Shown piece by piece: positions 1 through 13,900 of a DNA stretch of 53,625 bases; positions within the stretch are counted from its first letter, which is position 1, and each line of letters starts with the position of its first letter. The position numbers and the translations under genes are program-made. Under the pieces are notes generated by a model. That model was not told the origin of the DNA. It worked only from the letters and a program-made list of their open reading frames with translations, and made no database searches. The DNA comes from Psammoneis japonica (taxonomy: Eukaryota): NCBI GenBank assembly GCA_008632985.1, contig QPGO01000332.1, positions 1 through 53,625 of the forward strand, written 5' to 3'.

Positions 1-1060
1 GTGGCAGCACTGTGTTGGGGGGCTCTCAAGCAGATCTTCTTGTTCAGCACAAATGAGAGAATCTGGCTGCTTGCGCACCCAGGCAGTTGAGGCGTGGAAG
101 CAGTTGGTGCTCATTCAGGGTGCTTCACAAGATTGCTTTAATTGGTTGACAAGCATTGTTGAGAGGATGGTGGAAGGATCCTGCAGCAGAGTCTTCCTGG
201 AAGAAATCACCAAGAAAGAAGATGGGCTCAGCACTGACAGTGCACTGATGATGCCCGGAAGAAATTGAGCAACAAGTTGTCAGTGTGGCACTGCCACTGG
301 AAGGTGCCAAGGAACTTTGGTGTCTTGAAAGACCTGCTCACTGGCAACAAGGCACTGTGGTGTTGGATGTGCTTGCGGAGCCACCAACGCAAGAAGCCTG
401 AGGGTGCAAGCTTTGTGCAAAGCAAGCAAGAAAAAGCAAGTCAAGTGCTGGAAATGTGACAAGGTCAGGCATGTGAAGAAGGACTGTCCTTTGCTCAATG
501 GCAACAATGACCATTCTTCAGTGGAGAGTCAAGTGATGTGAGCAGTGCGGCAGTTCACGGAGCAGTCGAAACGGCATTGGATGGCATGGTTTCCAACTGC
601 CATGCTCCTGTGCTTGGCACACATTGTGCCAATCAATTGACAGCCCATGCAAAGAAGTGTGTTGGAACATTGGGGCACAAGGTGGTTTTCATGGGACAAA
701 CAGAAAACATTGCAATGAAGAAGACTCGCCGATCGCCATTGATGACACGTGACGAAAATTTGCGCTCGCAGGAGCTCATGACAAGTTGCGGGTCTTGTGC
801 TCACTTTTTAGCTTCTGCACCCCATCATCCTCATGGCAACAGTGGTCAACAGCAGCATTGGGAATGTGTTTTTATGCCACATGGTGAGTTCGGGAGATCA
901 GCAAGGTTGGGCGCTTGCCAGTCTCTGCAAGCTCCTGCGAAATCCCAACAACAGCCAAAGTCCACAAGTGTGTGCTGTGTGCTGGCTGGTGTTAAGTGGC
1001 AGATTCCTGTGAAGAAATCAGAAGAGCATCCAGGGTTGGGGCAAGTAGTTGAGCTTACAC
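1..1060 (+). mobile_element. Degenerate LTR-retrotransposon (gag) fragment
   Basis: 446-490 encodes the CCHC zinc knuckle CWKCDKVRHVKKDCP. Gag-like reading frames are broken, and the DNA is TG/CA-rich and TpA-poor. The right boundary is approximate. Confidence 0.6.
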
Positions 1061-1291
1061 CATGGTTTGGACATGCACTTTAGTTTCGAAGATGAGCGCG
1101 GCTTCGCTGTTCAGTTTTTGCTTTCCACAAACACATGCATTCATTTTAAAGTTTACAAAATGGGTTATGTTGTCTAATCTGACAGCCGCAAGCTCATGGG
1201 ACGACACCGACCGCGGACGGACCAGCAGAGGAAACAAAAGATTTCAGACATCATCAAGTTTGATGCACATCACAGAACAAAAAAACTGACA

Positions 1292-3296
1292 ATGGCGTCG
1301 TCGTCGTCGTCCAGCAGAGTGATGTTTCAAGGCGTTCAGCAGCAGCCAATTCGTGTTGCATGTGTGGGTGGAGGACAATTGGGTCGAATGATGGCGATGG
1401 AGGCTCCACGCTTAAACATTGAAATGAAGTTCCTCGACCCATCAGGCTCTGCTTGTCCTGCGGCTCAAATTGTTCCGTCGGATCGAATTCTAAAAGGTTC
1501 TCTCAAAGACAAAGAATGCATAAGCAAGTTAGCAGAGGACTGTGATGTAGTGACTGTCGAAATTGAACACGTTGGAGTGGAATATCTGAAGGAACTGGAA
1601 AACGCGGGAGTCAATGTTCAGCCATCCAGTGGAGTGCTTGGAATTATTCGCGACAAGTATCTTCAAAAGGTATATCTTACGCTTCGACGTGCATAAGTAC
1701 ATGGTTATTCACATTTAACGTTACCATCTAACCCTTCCTTTGCTCTTATGAATAAAACCTTGACTTACAGCAACACTTTGCGTCTCGAGGAGTCCCGTTA
1801 CCGCCGTTTATGGCTACAAGCTCGGAAGCAGAAATTAAACAAGCGGCCGAGTCTCTCGGATTGCCGCTCATGCTGAAATCTCGTACTGGCGGATACGATG
1901 GTAGAGGAAATGCTGTATTGAAGGACCTTGGTGGTATAGAAGAAGCACTTTTGAAATTGGGGTGCTCGTCGCAAGCCACGACGACGTTTGACTTGTATGC
2001 TGAAGGGTGGATCGATTTCGATTGCGAAGTAGCCGTCATGGTGTGCAAGTCAAGCAGTGGACAGGAAAAATCCTGTACGTACCCCGCGGTCAATGCCATT
2101 CAAGAAGACTCCATCTGTCGTGTCGTCCTAGCACCGGCAAGAAACGTATCCGAGGAGATCCGGATGGAATGCGAGCGGATCGCGAAGCAAGCCATTGACT
2201 CACTTGGCAACGGCGCGTCGGGGGTGTTTGGTGTTGAACTCTTTGTTACCAAGCAAGGAAACGTATTGTTGAATGAAGTTGCACCACGACCACACAATAC
2301 GGGGCACTATACGCAGGATGCGTGTGTGACATCTCAATTCGAAAACCATTTAAGGGGAGTGTGCGGATTGCCATTGGGGTCCACCACGATGATTGTCGAA
2401 GCGGCCGCAAGTAAGTTTTACGTTTCTTTGGACGTGGGCTGTTTTCATAATATCTGCTTTGATTCAGTTTGCCGACTGATGTCGTCTTGCTTGTATGATT
2501 TGATGACGGGCTTTCAGTGGTGAACGTGTTGGGTGCTACTACTTCCATGGAGGACACGCTGAGAAGTTCCAACGCAGCCCTTTCAATGCCAAGAGCTGTC
2601 GTGCACTGGTACGGGAAGGGATATCGTGCCGGACGGAAAATGGGGCATATAAATTTGACTGCAGATTCTCATGGAGAATTAGATACTTCAATGGCGGAGC
2701 TTCTAGCTGTGGAAGGCATACCCGTCTCCCTCATGCCCGGTGGGAAATTGTACAACTCTCCGGTTGTCGGTGTCATTATGGGTTCGCAAAGCGACTTGCC
2801 CACCATGCACGCTGCGGTTGACATGCTGAAAAAGTTCGGAATATCCTACGAAGTAGACATTGTGTCGGCTCATCGAACTCCTGATAAGCTTGTTTCGTAT
2901 TCACGTGGTGCCGCCGGCCGTGGACTTCGAGTCCTGATTGCTGGTGCCGGAGGGGCGGCTCACTTACCAGGTATGGTAGCAGCCATGACACCACTACCGG
3001 TGATTGGAGTTCCTGTCAAGACATCAACTCTCAGTGGCCTTGATTCGTTATACAGCATTGTACAAATGCCTCGTGGGATTCCTGTCGCGACAGTGGCTAT
3101 TGGAAATGCCATGAATGCAGGGCTTCTTGCGGTCCGAATCTTGTCCAGCAGTCGACCCTCCCTGCGCGAAAAAATGAAGGAGTATCAAAATGAGATGACT
3201 GAAATGGTGAATGATATGAGCACGAGACTACTCGATATGGGGAGCGAGGAATTTCTCAGTCAAATGGATAGCAAGAACAAATCAGTAAACGTTTAA
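1292..3296 (+). CDS. ADE2: Phosphoribosylaminoimidazole carboxylase, PurK-PurE fusion (3 exons: 1292-1669, 1771-2410, 2518-3296)
   Basis: PurK motifs [51 protein letters not shown]. PurE motifs [49 protein letters not shown] introns 1670-1770 and 2411-2517 join in frame. Confidence 0.95.
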
Positions 3297-3634
3297 TCAT
3301 TCTATATCTCGATACACGGAGTGTCGATTATCGGAAAAGACAATCATACTGCCTTATCTACACCGTTTCCAATCTCTATTATTTCTCTCCCGAAGTACAC
3401 GGCATTGATCAAAGAAGTTAAAGAGATTTGTGGCATTTCTAAATCGCGGTCAAAATTCAGTTCGGGGTGGGTTGAGCAACACTTTGATCGACTTTGCTCC
3501 CGGGAAAGATAGCGCACCGTTGCTGCGATACGATCAAGTTGAAAAGAAAATGAGGGACTGGATTCGATGAGTCCCACACGTTCTTAATCGTGCCAAATCG
3601 AGAAACTCGTACGTGTGCTTCGAATGTTGCGTGG

Positions 3635-5257
3635 CTAGAAGCAGTGCTGCTCCTCTAAACAGCAGCCGCAAACCAACACATCGCAATCCAGTCTAGCGTC
3701 ATCCAAGATCAAGTCCGTGCCATTGCAGAATCCTGCTGGGAACGGAGAACCCACTTCAAAGTCATTGCCTTGAATATGCAATGATGCTGATGGGGGATTT
3801 CAAGAGCAAGTTCTTGTTTGAAAAAGCAGAAATAATGGGAGAGCAAACAACACAAAGTCATAGTCGCACTACTTACACAGCCTTCCTTGAGCAAGGATTT
3901 CGTCGATTTCCCCTTCAAATTTGTTATTATCAAGCCGCAAATCTTTGAGACCTGCAATATCGTGAAGAGCTTGGGCTGGAACCGTACCCGTCAGCATGTT
4001 GCTCCCCAGCCACACTGTCTCCAAGTCGGACAACAAGGCGATATCATTGGGTAGGGATCCCCGCAAATTTTCGTCCTGCAAGTCCAACTCGATTATCCGA
4101 CTAATGTAGGTTACATTGTCGGGGTCTTGGCAGAAAACTCCCTGCCAACCGCAAGCATCCAACTGCGTGAGCCAACCGCGACTGTTGGTCCAATTCGAGC
4201 CGTTTGTAGCATAATACAAACATGCCAGTGCATATCGACTGACTAACTCAGGCTCGTTCGGTCCCAATTCAAGTGGATCCTCAAACAACGCCCACGATAG
4301 AGCCCGAACACTCGAACTCTGAGATTCGTCCTCCCACATGTTCAGATAGAAAGTGGGATCGTCTGGTAGGTTCGAAAGTGACTCTTGTGTGGAAGAAAGT
4401 TTCATCAGAGCGTTCCGTATGGCGGATGATACGCCATCCGAGTCCTCTCGTTCGGTGATCGTGCTCGGAGACAATGTAGGTGCACTATTCTCTGTAGTAG
4501 GTTTGGGGGTAGTGGGAGCACTACTATCGTTGTTTCTTGCCGTCGAAAACACCACAACAACCACAACTCCAGATATAATCAATGCTGCAGCTACCGCGAC
4601 GATAAATATCATTTTTCTCGAGATTGGTCGTTTCATAAAGAAAACACTAGTGGTTTCGTCACCTTTGGTTTGCCCATGCGCAAGACTAACTCCAGCTGCT
4701 GCAGCTACTTGAGCACATGCTTCTTGAGTCGCACTACCACCATGCCGTTGCTTTTTTAATTGAAATTCCTTTGAATAGGGCCTTTCTTGTGGAGATATGA
4801 ATCCCGTATTTCTTCGTTCCATTTGTTGTCCAGTTACCGAAAAGGCTCCGGGAGTATCGCTATTCATGTTTTGAGCCGTTTGGCGGTTCAGTTGTGGAGG
4901 TGCAGGCACATAGGAGTCACTGTCGTCGGGTACGAGCGCTGGTGGTGGTGGAGGTACTGCGTTGTTGTTGTTGCCAGAATCATGTGGAGAAGACTGTTCG
5001 TTGCGAGCTAGCTTCTTACTTGTCTTTCCCGAAAGGGGCTTTATCTTTTCAACAGAGGCTACTCTGTCACGAACAGTTTCATCGTTCCTTTCTGTGCATG
5101 ATTCAGAATTGACAAGAGGTTCGTGTGTGGATGCATCGTCTTCAGCTGTTGCTTCTGTGTTACCGTTGTGACGAGGATCATTAGAAGTTTCAACAACCGA
5201 TTGCTCCTCCCAAAACTCTTTTTCCCGTGGTAGCGGTTCTCTCAATCTCTCAGACAT
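3635..5257 (-). CDS. Single-pass membrane leucine-rich-repeat protein (exons 5257-3877, 3786-3635)
   Basis: Low-complexity N-terminus with PGAF motif, TM helix (IFIVAVAAALIISGVVVVVVF), LRR N-cap (RYALACLYYATNGSNW...WL...CGWQGVFC) and LRRs. The GTAAGT...CAG intron 3876-3787 joins to a C-terminus ending LDCDVLVCGCC...C*, typical of the diatom LRR family. Confidence 0.85.
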
Positions 5258-5990
5258 GCTTCATTAGAGCGTAGTGTTTATTTTGAACACCAATTCAGAA
5301 AAGAGTTGTCACATGTGCAATATAACAACACCGTAGTGCTAGCTCCTACTCGTAACATAACAATGAATGAGGTTCACGTCACGCCGTCACGCGCACGCGA
5401 GCCGTTTCAAATGTCGGTTGAAACGCAAGTTGGGCACTTCGAACCGAATTTGAGAACTCACTCCGACGTAGTACTTGGTCTACGCAGGTCTACGTAGATT
5501 CGAAAAATTTGGGGAAAAGCCTGAGGTCAGCTGGAGGGTCACAGCAAAAACAAAACGCCGCGGTCGCGACAGAAAAATAATGAAGAACGCGCTGGGGTTG
5601 GGAGGGATCAAAGCGGGTTTTCGCCACCTTCGGCCTTTCGATACAGTTTGTTCTTTGTCACACGTTGAATGAGAGGATCCTGGCAGAGGTCGACGTGTCA
5701 TCCTACGGAATGTGTACAGCAGTGGATCCCCCCTCGGTCTGATTAGAACTAAGTACTTTGCATGTTCCTGGGATGACGGAATCTTCAACGAGTTTCGTGA
5801 CCATACAGGAGAGCAGGTGTCCGTGTTTCGTGTTTCGTGAAACAGAGGACGGATTGATCAATTCCGTCGCTACGGTAAACTCCCGACGAGCTTGCAGTCT
5901 ATGCCTCTTGGCTTTATAATATGAAAAATGAGATTGTTTATATATACTTATATGAAAAATGAAACAGTTAAGCTGCACTGCACTCGAGAG

Positions 5991-6611
5991 CTACGAATCA
6001 AACTCCGATGCGACAATGTCGTCGTCGTCATGAACTATTGTTGTAGCGCTTTCCCCACATTCTGGAAGATCAAACACCGAAGTAACTGAATGAGGAGAAA
6101 GTAGATGGTCGCTCGCACTTCCTCGATATGAGGTCGCATTTCGAGACCTTTCAATGTTCAGATGAGATCCAAACGGACGACGGGGTCTTGGCTTCAGTCT
6201 TACAAGCTTCAGAGTAGAAGATTCTGCTCGTTGTCTTGCTGATGAATTAAAACTCTTTGTCTTAGGATGATCAATGCTCTGTCCTTGTTCATTGAAGTCC
6301 GCCTTGGTGGCGAGCAACAAGGAATCTGTTTCCAATCTCTTCCCTCTCTCGAGGCGACCTTGTCCTGCGTGTAGGTCAGAGCTGGAAATAGCTGGATTGG
6401 GACACTCCGCAGAGAGATGCTCTGCTCTTCTGCTCCCCTCAAGTTCTAGAGGTGAAACAAGAACGAAATCGTGACAAATCTTCTGTTTCTTCGCCATCTT
6501 CTGCACTGGGGCCATTGATTCTTCAACATGATTCGGTGAAGCCTTAGGATGGGGATCTTCAAAGCATGCCATGACTTTCAGGTGGGAATGTGCACCGAGT
6601 TTGATTTTCAT
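5991..6611 (-). CDS. Hypothetical protein (~206 aa)
   Basis: Uninterrupted ORF in gene-like DNA with normal TpA/CpG. First ATG at 6611. No recognisable domain. Confidence 0.45.
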   Translation of the reverse strand: MKIKLGAHSHLKVMACFEDPHPKASPNHVEESMAPVQKMAKKQKICHDFVLVSPLELEGSRRAEHLSAECPNPAISSSDLHAGQGRLERGKRLETDSLLLATKADFNEQGQSIDHPKTKSFNSSARQRAESSTLKLVRLKPRPRRPFGSHLNIERSRNATSYRGSASDHLLSPHSVTSVFDLPECGESATTIVHDDDDIVASEFDS

Positions 6612-6949
6612 TGTTTCAAACAAGTGAGGAGAATAATGCCGTTGCTATTCCTTTCCTATTTCCGCGTTGTTCGGATTGTGAGGGCGAATTCACGCAACGC
6701 TTCTGCCACACGACCGTTGCGCGGTTCAAGGTCGGTCAGCGGTTTTCTTCCGCATGACCGACTTGCTTCGGATTGTGTCCACGAGTTTCTTGGTAAGATA
6801 GACCTCGCATGTTGAAATGTACCGAGAAACTCTAATGGAAAATGGCGGGAAACTTTCGTTCCTAAATGAGATCATAAGCCCTTGTAACGGATGAGATAAA
6901 CGGCTGTGAATGTTCCGTTGTATCCGTTTCATAGTGAAATGCCAGATAG

Positions 6950-9900
6950 ATGAATGTCGTCACAAAGAAAAGTGCGTCATTCAAAATATTTCGAATCTTT
7001 TCTGACGCACGGCTGGGACAGGTACAAGTTCTACAGCACCACATGCTGTGGGCACAATGCCAAGACCCAAGTGCAACACACCTTTTTTCGTTCCCTGTGC
7101 CACTCCGAGGAGTCGGAGAAGGCGATCGAAGCGTTCGTGAAGTGGGTGCTAGAGTGGAGAGAGAGCTGCCAAAGATTGGGCTCCAGCACGGGAGCACACA
7201 CCAGCACAGTCTCTCGCCTGAGCACAAACAGCGGCGCAACTCTCGGAGTTTCCACAACATTGCAACCACATGTCCTGTGAAACTCAAGGCATCTTGTCAA
7301 GAGGCATTTTGAGGAAAGCGACCTGCTGAAGGAAAAATGCAGACAAGAGTCGACTGAGCAGATTGGATTCTCAACAGGGAAGAGACACCACCTCTGCTGG
7401 GCTGCTGGAAACTCGCTGGGGAGCTGACTCCAGATGTGAACTCCTTTGACAGTTCATCAGTGCCACTTGTGCAAACCTTTCCAACTTCACAAAATGTTTT
7501 GGTTTGTGCAGCATGAAAGAGTGAGGCAGTGCTGCAAGTGCAACAACAATCTCTTGTTGGGCCTGGGCCAGAGTCACAAGTCAGTCTTTCTGCTTGTTTG
7601 TTTGCAGACGTGATCAATGAATTTCTGGGCAGCGGGCACATCCATGCAGCCAGCTGCATTTCAAATCACCCATGCAGGCATTTCCCAAAGCTTTGTCTTG
7701 CAGATGATGACAGGCTGGTGCTCGCCATCATTGCAACACTGCGAGTCTGTTCTCGACATCTTCGTTGTCACAGAAGCAATGTTGAGGCAGTTTGTCGCCA
7801 TTTTTCTTTCTTTGGGATCCCAGCCTTTGTTGACTTGTGCGCTGTTCTTGGTGGATCCCAGTCCATCATCTTCCCAGCAACCAACTGTGATTCATCCATC
7901 AACGCTGTTGGGATCAGATTCCTTGACAAATGTGTGGGGGACATGCTTGCACGCAGGTTGGCTGTGAATGGGAGGTGGCGTCCAAGTTTTCATGAGCACA
8001 GTGAGAAGACCAAGGCCAACGATCACTCCACAGGAGCAGCTCATGTCTCGGTGGCAGAATTGACATGACTTTGTTCATCAGCTTCTTTTGTTTTGTGGTG
8101 TCTTTGCCAGCGGGACAATGCATGTGCAGTGTGTGGCTGAGCCAACGGATGCAGAGCTCGTGGGTTGCCACTTCAGGTGAGCGCAAGTGCAACAAAAGCA
8201 TTTGATCATCACTGGGTCAATCAACAAAGAGTTGCTGACCAACATCTGGCACATCCAGCATCTCTTGCCTCTCATGAATTGATCTGCATCAATCATCACG
8301 AAAGGCAAAAAAGGGGTGACATTGCTGGTCATGACTGTGAGTCTTGCGACAACCTTGTTTGGACAGATGACAGATGCTCCCATGGCAAAAGTTTGATTTG
8401 AGCATGCATTTGTGTCGCAAGTTGTGATGGCATGGAGCACGGCATGCAGCGCAACCATCAACCACCCCCAGTGTGTCTGCAGTTTGCAGGGGACATTTGT
8501 CTGGTGTGGCTTTGCAAGAATGGGTTAAAACGGCATTGAAACAATGATGTGGGGTGGATGCAGCACTTGCTTTTTTGAGATGAAACCTTTCTTGACTCTC
8601 AAGCAAGCCCCTGCAAGCAGTTGCTGGCTGCTCATGACTCCTTAGATTGAGAAAGGAGGGAGACACACCCAACAGCCTCTGAGAACCCCATGAGGAGATG
8701 TTCATGCTCAGGCTGCAAACTGGCTGTGCTCATTGGCAGACTCCAGGCTGGCTGGTTGGTGGCACTTGCCAGCCCTCTCTCTGGAGAGCATTTCTTGAGG
8801 ATGGTGGGTGGTGCAGGCTGGCAAAAAGTGATGCAATCAAAGGAGCCATCAGAGGGGGTTGCATGAAAACCTTGGAGCCCACACAGTTGGACTCCTGCAC
8901 CTCACATGCTCTAAAAACCAATGCAGCTGAGACAGCCAAGCCTTCAGCAAGACAATGGAACATCGCCAATGATGGACAGAGCCATGTGGGCATGTTGTGG
9001 CCACCCCATCTCTTTGGAGCACACAGGACCTGGTTTGGCAGGTGGTGCTTTGAAAGGAGGCCAACTGCCTCAAATGTCACTGACAGTCATTCTCTAGATG
9101 ATGGGTGCTTGCTCTGACAAAGAGTTTCAGGAGCTCACCTTTGATTTGCAAGACAGCAACAGAAACAAGCCCTTGCTGAACCTTTCAGTTCACCTTGCTG
9201 AGTGGTCATGCAGGCTTGCATGCAAGGAATTTGATGAACTGCTGCTTGTGATTTTTTCTCTCCCTGTGTTCTTTGCCGCCTCTGTCAGCACTTTCCTCAC
9301 GGAGCATTTCTCTGGGTGAGAAGGCAAGTGGCAGAGTGTTTTGGCAAGGCATGGCCCTTGGATTCCCTGCAGAAGGTGACCCTCATCTTCTCTTGAAATG
9401 TCTGTTGGAAGATTTTCATTTTCTTGTCCAGCACCAACATGGTCACTTTGCTGGGTTGCCAGCTGCACATCTTCCATCTCTGGCACCTGCTCTCAACATG
9501 GTGCTCAACAACCCCCACAAAAGCTCTGAACTTTTCCATTTGCTTGCAGAGCACTTCCTGAAACAGAAGATGTGCGTGCACATCACAAACATTCCTGAGA
9601 TGTTTCAAGCACACTGGCACCAGCCCAAAGAAAACCAAGAACCCCTCAAAGATGATGCCAAGAGAATTGAGCTCTGTGTCTTTTGTGTGGGGCCAATGGC
9701 CTTGCTGTGTTGCTCAACCCGTGCTTGTCAGGATCTCAAGTGTTTGTTTCTGTGGTGCCGCTGGAGTCTGCAGCTGCCAGTGTGGATCACATGGAAACAC
9801 ACAAGCTTGCAAATGGAAAGAAGGTGTTGCTGCTTGAGCAAAATTCAGGCAACCAAGCAAGCTCTTGGAAGTTCAAGATTCTTGGTGGCCAAGCATTAAA

Positions 9901-10980
9901 TTCAATCAAGCTTTTGAGTCTCAACTCCATTTAAGAGTGTTTCACTGGACCTTTGGCCAAACAGAGATGCCTGTCAAAGAAAGCTGTTGGCTGGCAAAGG
10001 TGCAGAAGAACATCAGGGCTCCATGTCTGCAAGAGTGTGCCTGCTGCCATGTCTTTGAAAATGGTTTGAAAGTGCTCCAGTGCTGCACGCAATGCCATGA
10101 GTCCTTCCACTGTTCACATTCCCACCAGCAGATTCATTGTTGGAAGGCTGAGTGAAAGTTGAGCCATTCTCCTTCAATGGCCAGGCAACAATTGCCAAGA
10201 AGTTTCTGGTAAAAAGTGCACCTCCTTCTCATGGGTCTTGCAAGCAACACAAAATGGCTCTTCACATGGAAAAATCCAGAGGTCATTGGGTCTTGTGCAC
10301 CATTGTTTTCAACCTTTTTACAACACAAAATGGCAACAAAACAGAGTTGAGCATGGCAGCAAAAACTGTTTTGGCAGTGGGGCCAGTTGCATGTGGGGGC
10401 TTGAGCTGCCAGCCTGCAGCATGTTTGTGCTCCACATGTCCATTTGTGCAAGAAGAAGGCACCACTGGCCCTGCTGCAGAGATGATGACAATGATGACAA
10501 CAACAACAACAGCAGCAGCAACAATGCTCAAGGACATTTTGTTTGCAGCCTGTCCAGATGCTTGTGTCAAGCAGGCTGGGGGGAATGAAACCAGGCACAT
10601 GGGCCCACTTCTCAAGCTCTTCTGTGGCCACCCTCTGATGCTGAGCCTCAATGAGGATGTGGAGAAAAAGGCAGCCAATGGCACTGCCATCTAAAATTAA
10701 GGAGTTGAGCTAAAACAAGGTGTTTCTTTGAATGACTTGGAGTTGATGAGGGTTGGTGGTCAGTGGGTGAGATCAGCCTGTGTTTCGCGCATTTAGTCCA
10801 TCATCTTGAGGCACCATGAGAAAAAGGCAGGAGTGCAAATGTGCCTGCTGCACATGGCTCCAAGAGGAGAGAGACACCTGTCAACTTTCCTGTCCCTGCA
10901 GTGGGTTTTGTTGACAAGACAACTCCAAGAATTGGCCAGAGGATCCAGATGACCCAGCTCCCGGTTTTGTGCAGCAGCAG
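6950..10980 (+). mobile_element. Degenerate PIF1-helicase-encoding (Helitron-like) element, plus strand
   Basis: 10600-10690 LKLFCGHPLMLSLNEDVEKKAANGT matches the PIF1 'LKL..G.PLML..N.DV....ANGT' region. About 10930-10975 IQMTQLPVL matches the pre-motif-V QFPV segment. Many frameshifts; TpA and CpG depleted. Boundaries approximate. Confidence 0.55.
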
Positions 10981-13900
10981 ATTCCACATTGTGTGTTTGT
11001 TGTCCCAACATGGGCACATCTTCTTTGCACAAGGTCACAAGTTGTTTGGCAAAACCCTTGTTCTTTTCTTTGTTGTGCAAGACTTCACAAATTGCTCCAG
11101 GGAGGAAGAGCTTCTCCAACAGCCTTTCAGCATGGGCTCTTCATCCCTGAGCAAAAGGCAGCAATGCCGTGCACATGACTGGTTCTGCGTGCCTTGTTGA
11201 TGAGTGTCCTTTCAGCTTGAAAGATGGTGCTTCCTGTCTTCCAAGATGCTTGCAGAGCAGAATCTGGAGCTTGCATCTCAGTCCAGCTGGGAACATGAGT
11301 GAAGATTGACTTGGTGAGATTTTTGAATTCAAGGACTGTTTTGTGTGCACGATCTGTTGGAAGAATCCTTGCCAAAGCTCTTGCAGGGTGCTTCAACCAA
11401 AACATGACAAATGAGGTTAAAGCAGGGCTGCAGACAACAGTGGAGGATGTCCCCAAGCCTGAGGAAGCTGCGCTGAAGCTGTGGCAGAAGTTGCTGAGAT
11501 GTTGCCCATGAAAGTGCCAGATTCACAGAGGTGACACAGAGCAACGTGTCTAAGGCCACAAGCAACTCTGCCAAAACTTGTCCGACATCATCTGTCAAGA
11601 ACAACACATCTGAAAATCTCAAGCACAGCACATCTTTGGGTTTTCTGCACTCCCTGTGGCTGAGACTGAGTTGAAGCCAACTGTGTGTTTCGCCCACCAC
11701 CCTCATCCATCTGAGCTGTCAACAAAATGGCAGGGCCTCAAGATGCTTTTTTGTGTCTGCTGTTCTGTGTCCTGCAAAAGATTTTCCACATCCTGGGCCA
11801 CCTGTCATGCAAACAGATTTGGCAACAGCTCCAGCATTTGCAAGACACTTGTCCAAAGCATTGTCCATTGTGTTCAGCATCTGACACTGATCTTCAAAGA
11901 ACTCTTGACTTTGTTCATCTTGACCAAAATGCGCTGTGACTTCATTGCAATTTGAAGGGCTGTTGATTGTGGCTCCCCCAGCACTGTGCCTTTTGGTGGC
12001 AAAGTGATGCCACTCACATGCTGCAATGGAGTTGTCAACACACAACACAAGCTGGGCTGCAGAGCACTGCAATGGTCACTCAAGTCATCATCCACCTGAT
12101 GAACCAAGTGACTTTGTGCAGCAGAAAGAGCTTCTTCCAATGTTGGGCAATCATTTGCCATGCCAACACATTCTGTCAAAACTTTGAGATCCTCCAGGTG
12201 CACATGTGAGATGCTCTGTGGTGCATCATTGCAGCTGCCTTCAACAGCTTTCTTCCTCTCAGCCAAGAGCCAACAGCTTGCTTTTGTCAAAGCTTGTCTC
12301 TGATCTCTGCTGGCAAACAGCCATGCTCATTGTTTTTTTTTGCCCATGCTCACAACAAGATGCACAGGAAAAGCTTCAGGTCTGATGGGGCCAACAACAT
12401 CAAGCCACACTGCAGGAAGATCATTTCATTCATTTGAAGTGCAGAGAAACAGGCACTCACAGCTGGCTGACAGCACCCTGTTTCTTGACATCAAAATGAG
12501 CCAGGTGGAGCATTGGCCAAGCAACACATTTGTTGGTTGAACACACCCTTGACTTGTGTTCTTGTTGAGCATGTGTTTGCCAGCGACATGTCCAAAATCT
12601 TTGTAGGGTGATGTTGCCATGCAATCAATCAACTTGGAAAGAGCAGTGACTTGCAATCTGCTGCCACAACTCACTCCATCAACCTGCATTGTTTTGAATG
12701 ATGGCTGTCTGATGCCTGATCAAAGTGCAGCTGGGCCAGGTTGAAGGTGCAAGATCTGCTGCTGCTGCTGCTGCCTCTGTGAACCATCAAAAGCTTTTGC
12801 TCCCCAACAAACCTCAACTCTGGTGGTCAAATTGCAAAAACAGTCCCAGAGTGAATCAATCAAAAATCTGAAAGCAGCTGGCCCTTTGGCACAAGCAACT
12901 CAGTGAGTGGGAGCATGCACCCTCTAACAAGAAAGACACCAAGAAGCTGCAAAGACATGCAGCCAGTGTTTGCAGCTGGGTGTGACATGTGACAGCTCTG
13001 CTGCTGAAATCCCTCAGCTCTCTTGCACAAGCAGGAAGATCTGCAACTCCTTCCTTTTAAAATTTCTCAACCCTTGGCCACCTGTTAAAAGATGGGTGCA
13101 CTTCTGCAGCAGCTGCCACAGAGATGCAATCACATTGGCCGGTTGTCCGTGTGCACTTGCAGATGCCCCAAAATTGTCAACATCATTTCCACCAGCCCAG
13201 CTGCGTGCTGTTTCCATTGGCTCTCACAGCACCATGATGTCTTGCACTTTTCCATTTCTTGTGCAGCAGATGAGTGCAACTTTGTTGGCACTGGACAAAT
13301 CTTCCATGGCAACCTCCTCAAAACAAGACTTGCACTGCTTTCCTGCAGCAACTCCTGCCTGTGCTCAACTGCGCTCATCAGCGCTCACAGTGATTTTGCC
13401 AAATGGAAAGAGATGCTCTTGGCTTTTTGCAAGATGTGACATGAAAATTGTGCTGCTCCCACTCAGCTCTGTTCACCATGGCAAAAGCATTGCTGCTGTT
13501 TGGATCAATGACCCACTTCTTTGTGCTGCTCAAAAGCTGCCGCCTTGTGTCAGCCTCATGCTTGTCTTGAACACCTCTTGCTGCCAAACCATTGTCTCAA
13601 CTTGTTGACCCTGAAATGATCTCTTTGGTTGTGAGAAAAAGCAGCAAAAAGGGTGCATTGTTCATTGCTTCTTGCCACAGGTGTCAGCTGACCACCAAAT
13701 GCAGGATGGCAATCAACCACATCCTTTTCCTTGATGCAGTGCAAAACCCCAGCTCAGCATGGCTTGAGAACAACAAAATGAGATCTGAGAAAGAGTGCAT
13801 GAGATGTTGTGGGTCAGCAGAGCAAAGCAAGCCAGAGTCTGTTGTTCTTGCCTGTGTGTGGTCCTCCACAGTGGAAAATCTGTTGTTGGAAGTGAACATG

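Noticed and set aside
988..1058. TGTTAAG...CTTACA segment as a mini LTR
   Set aside because: It is too short, with no second copy and no target-site duplication.
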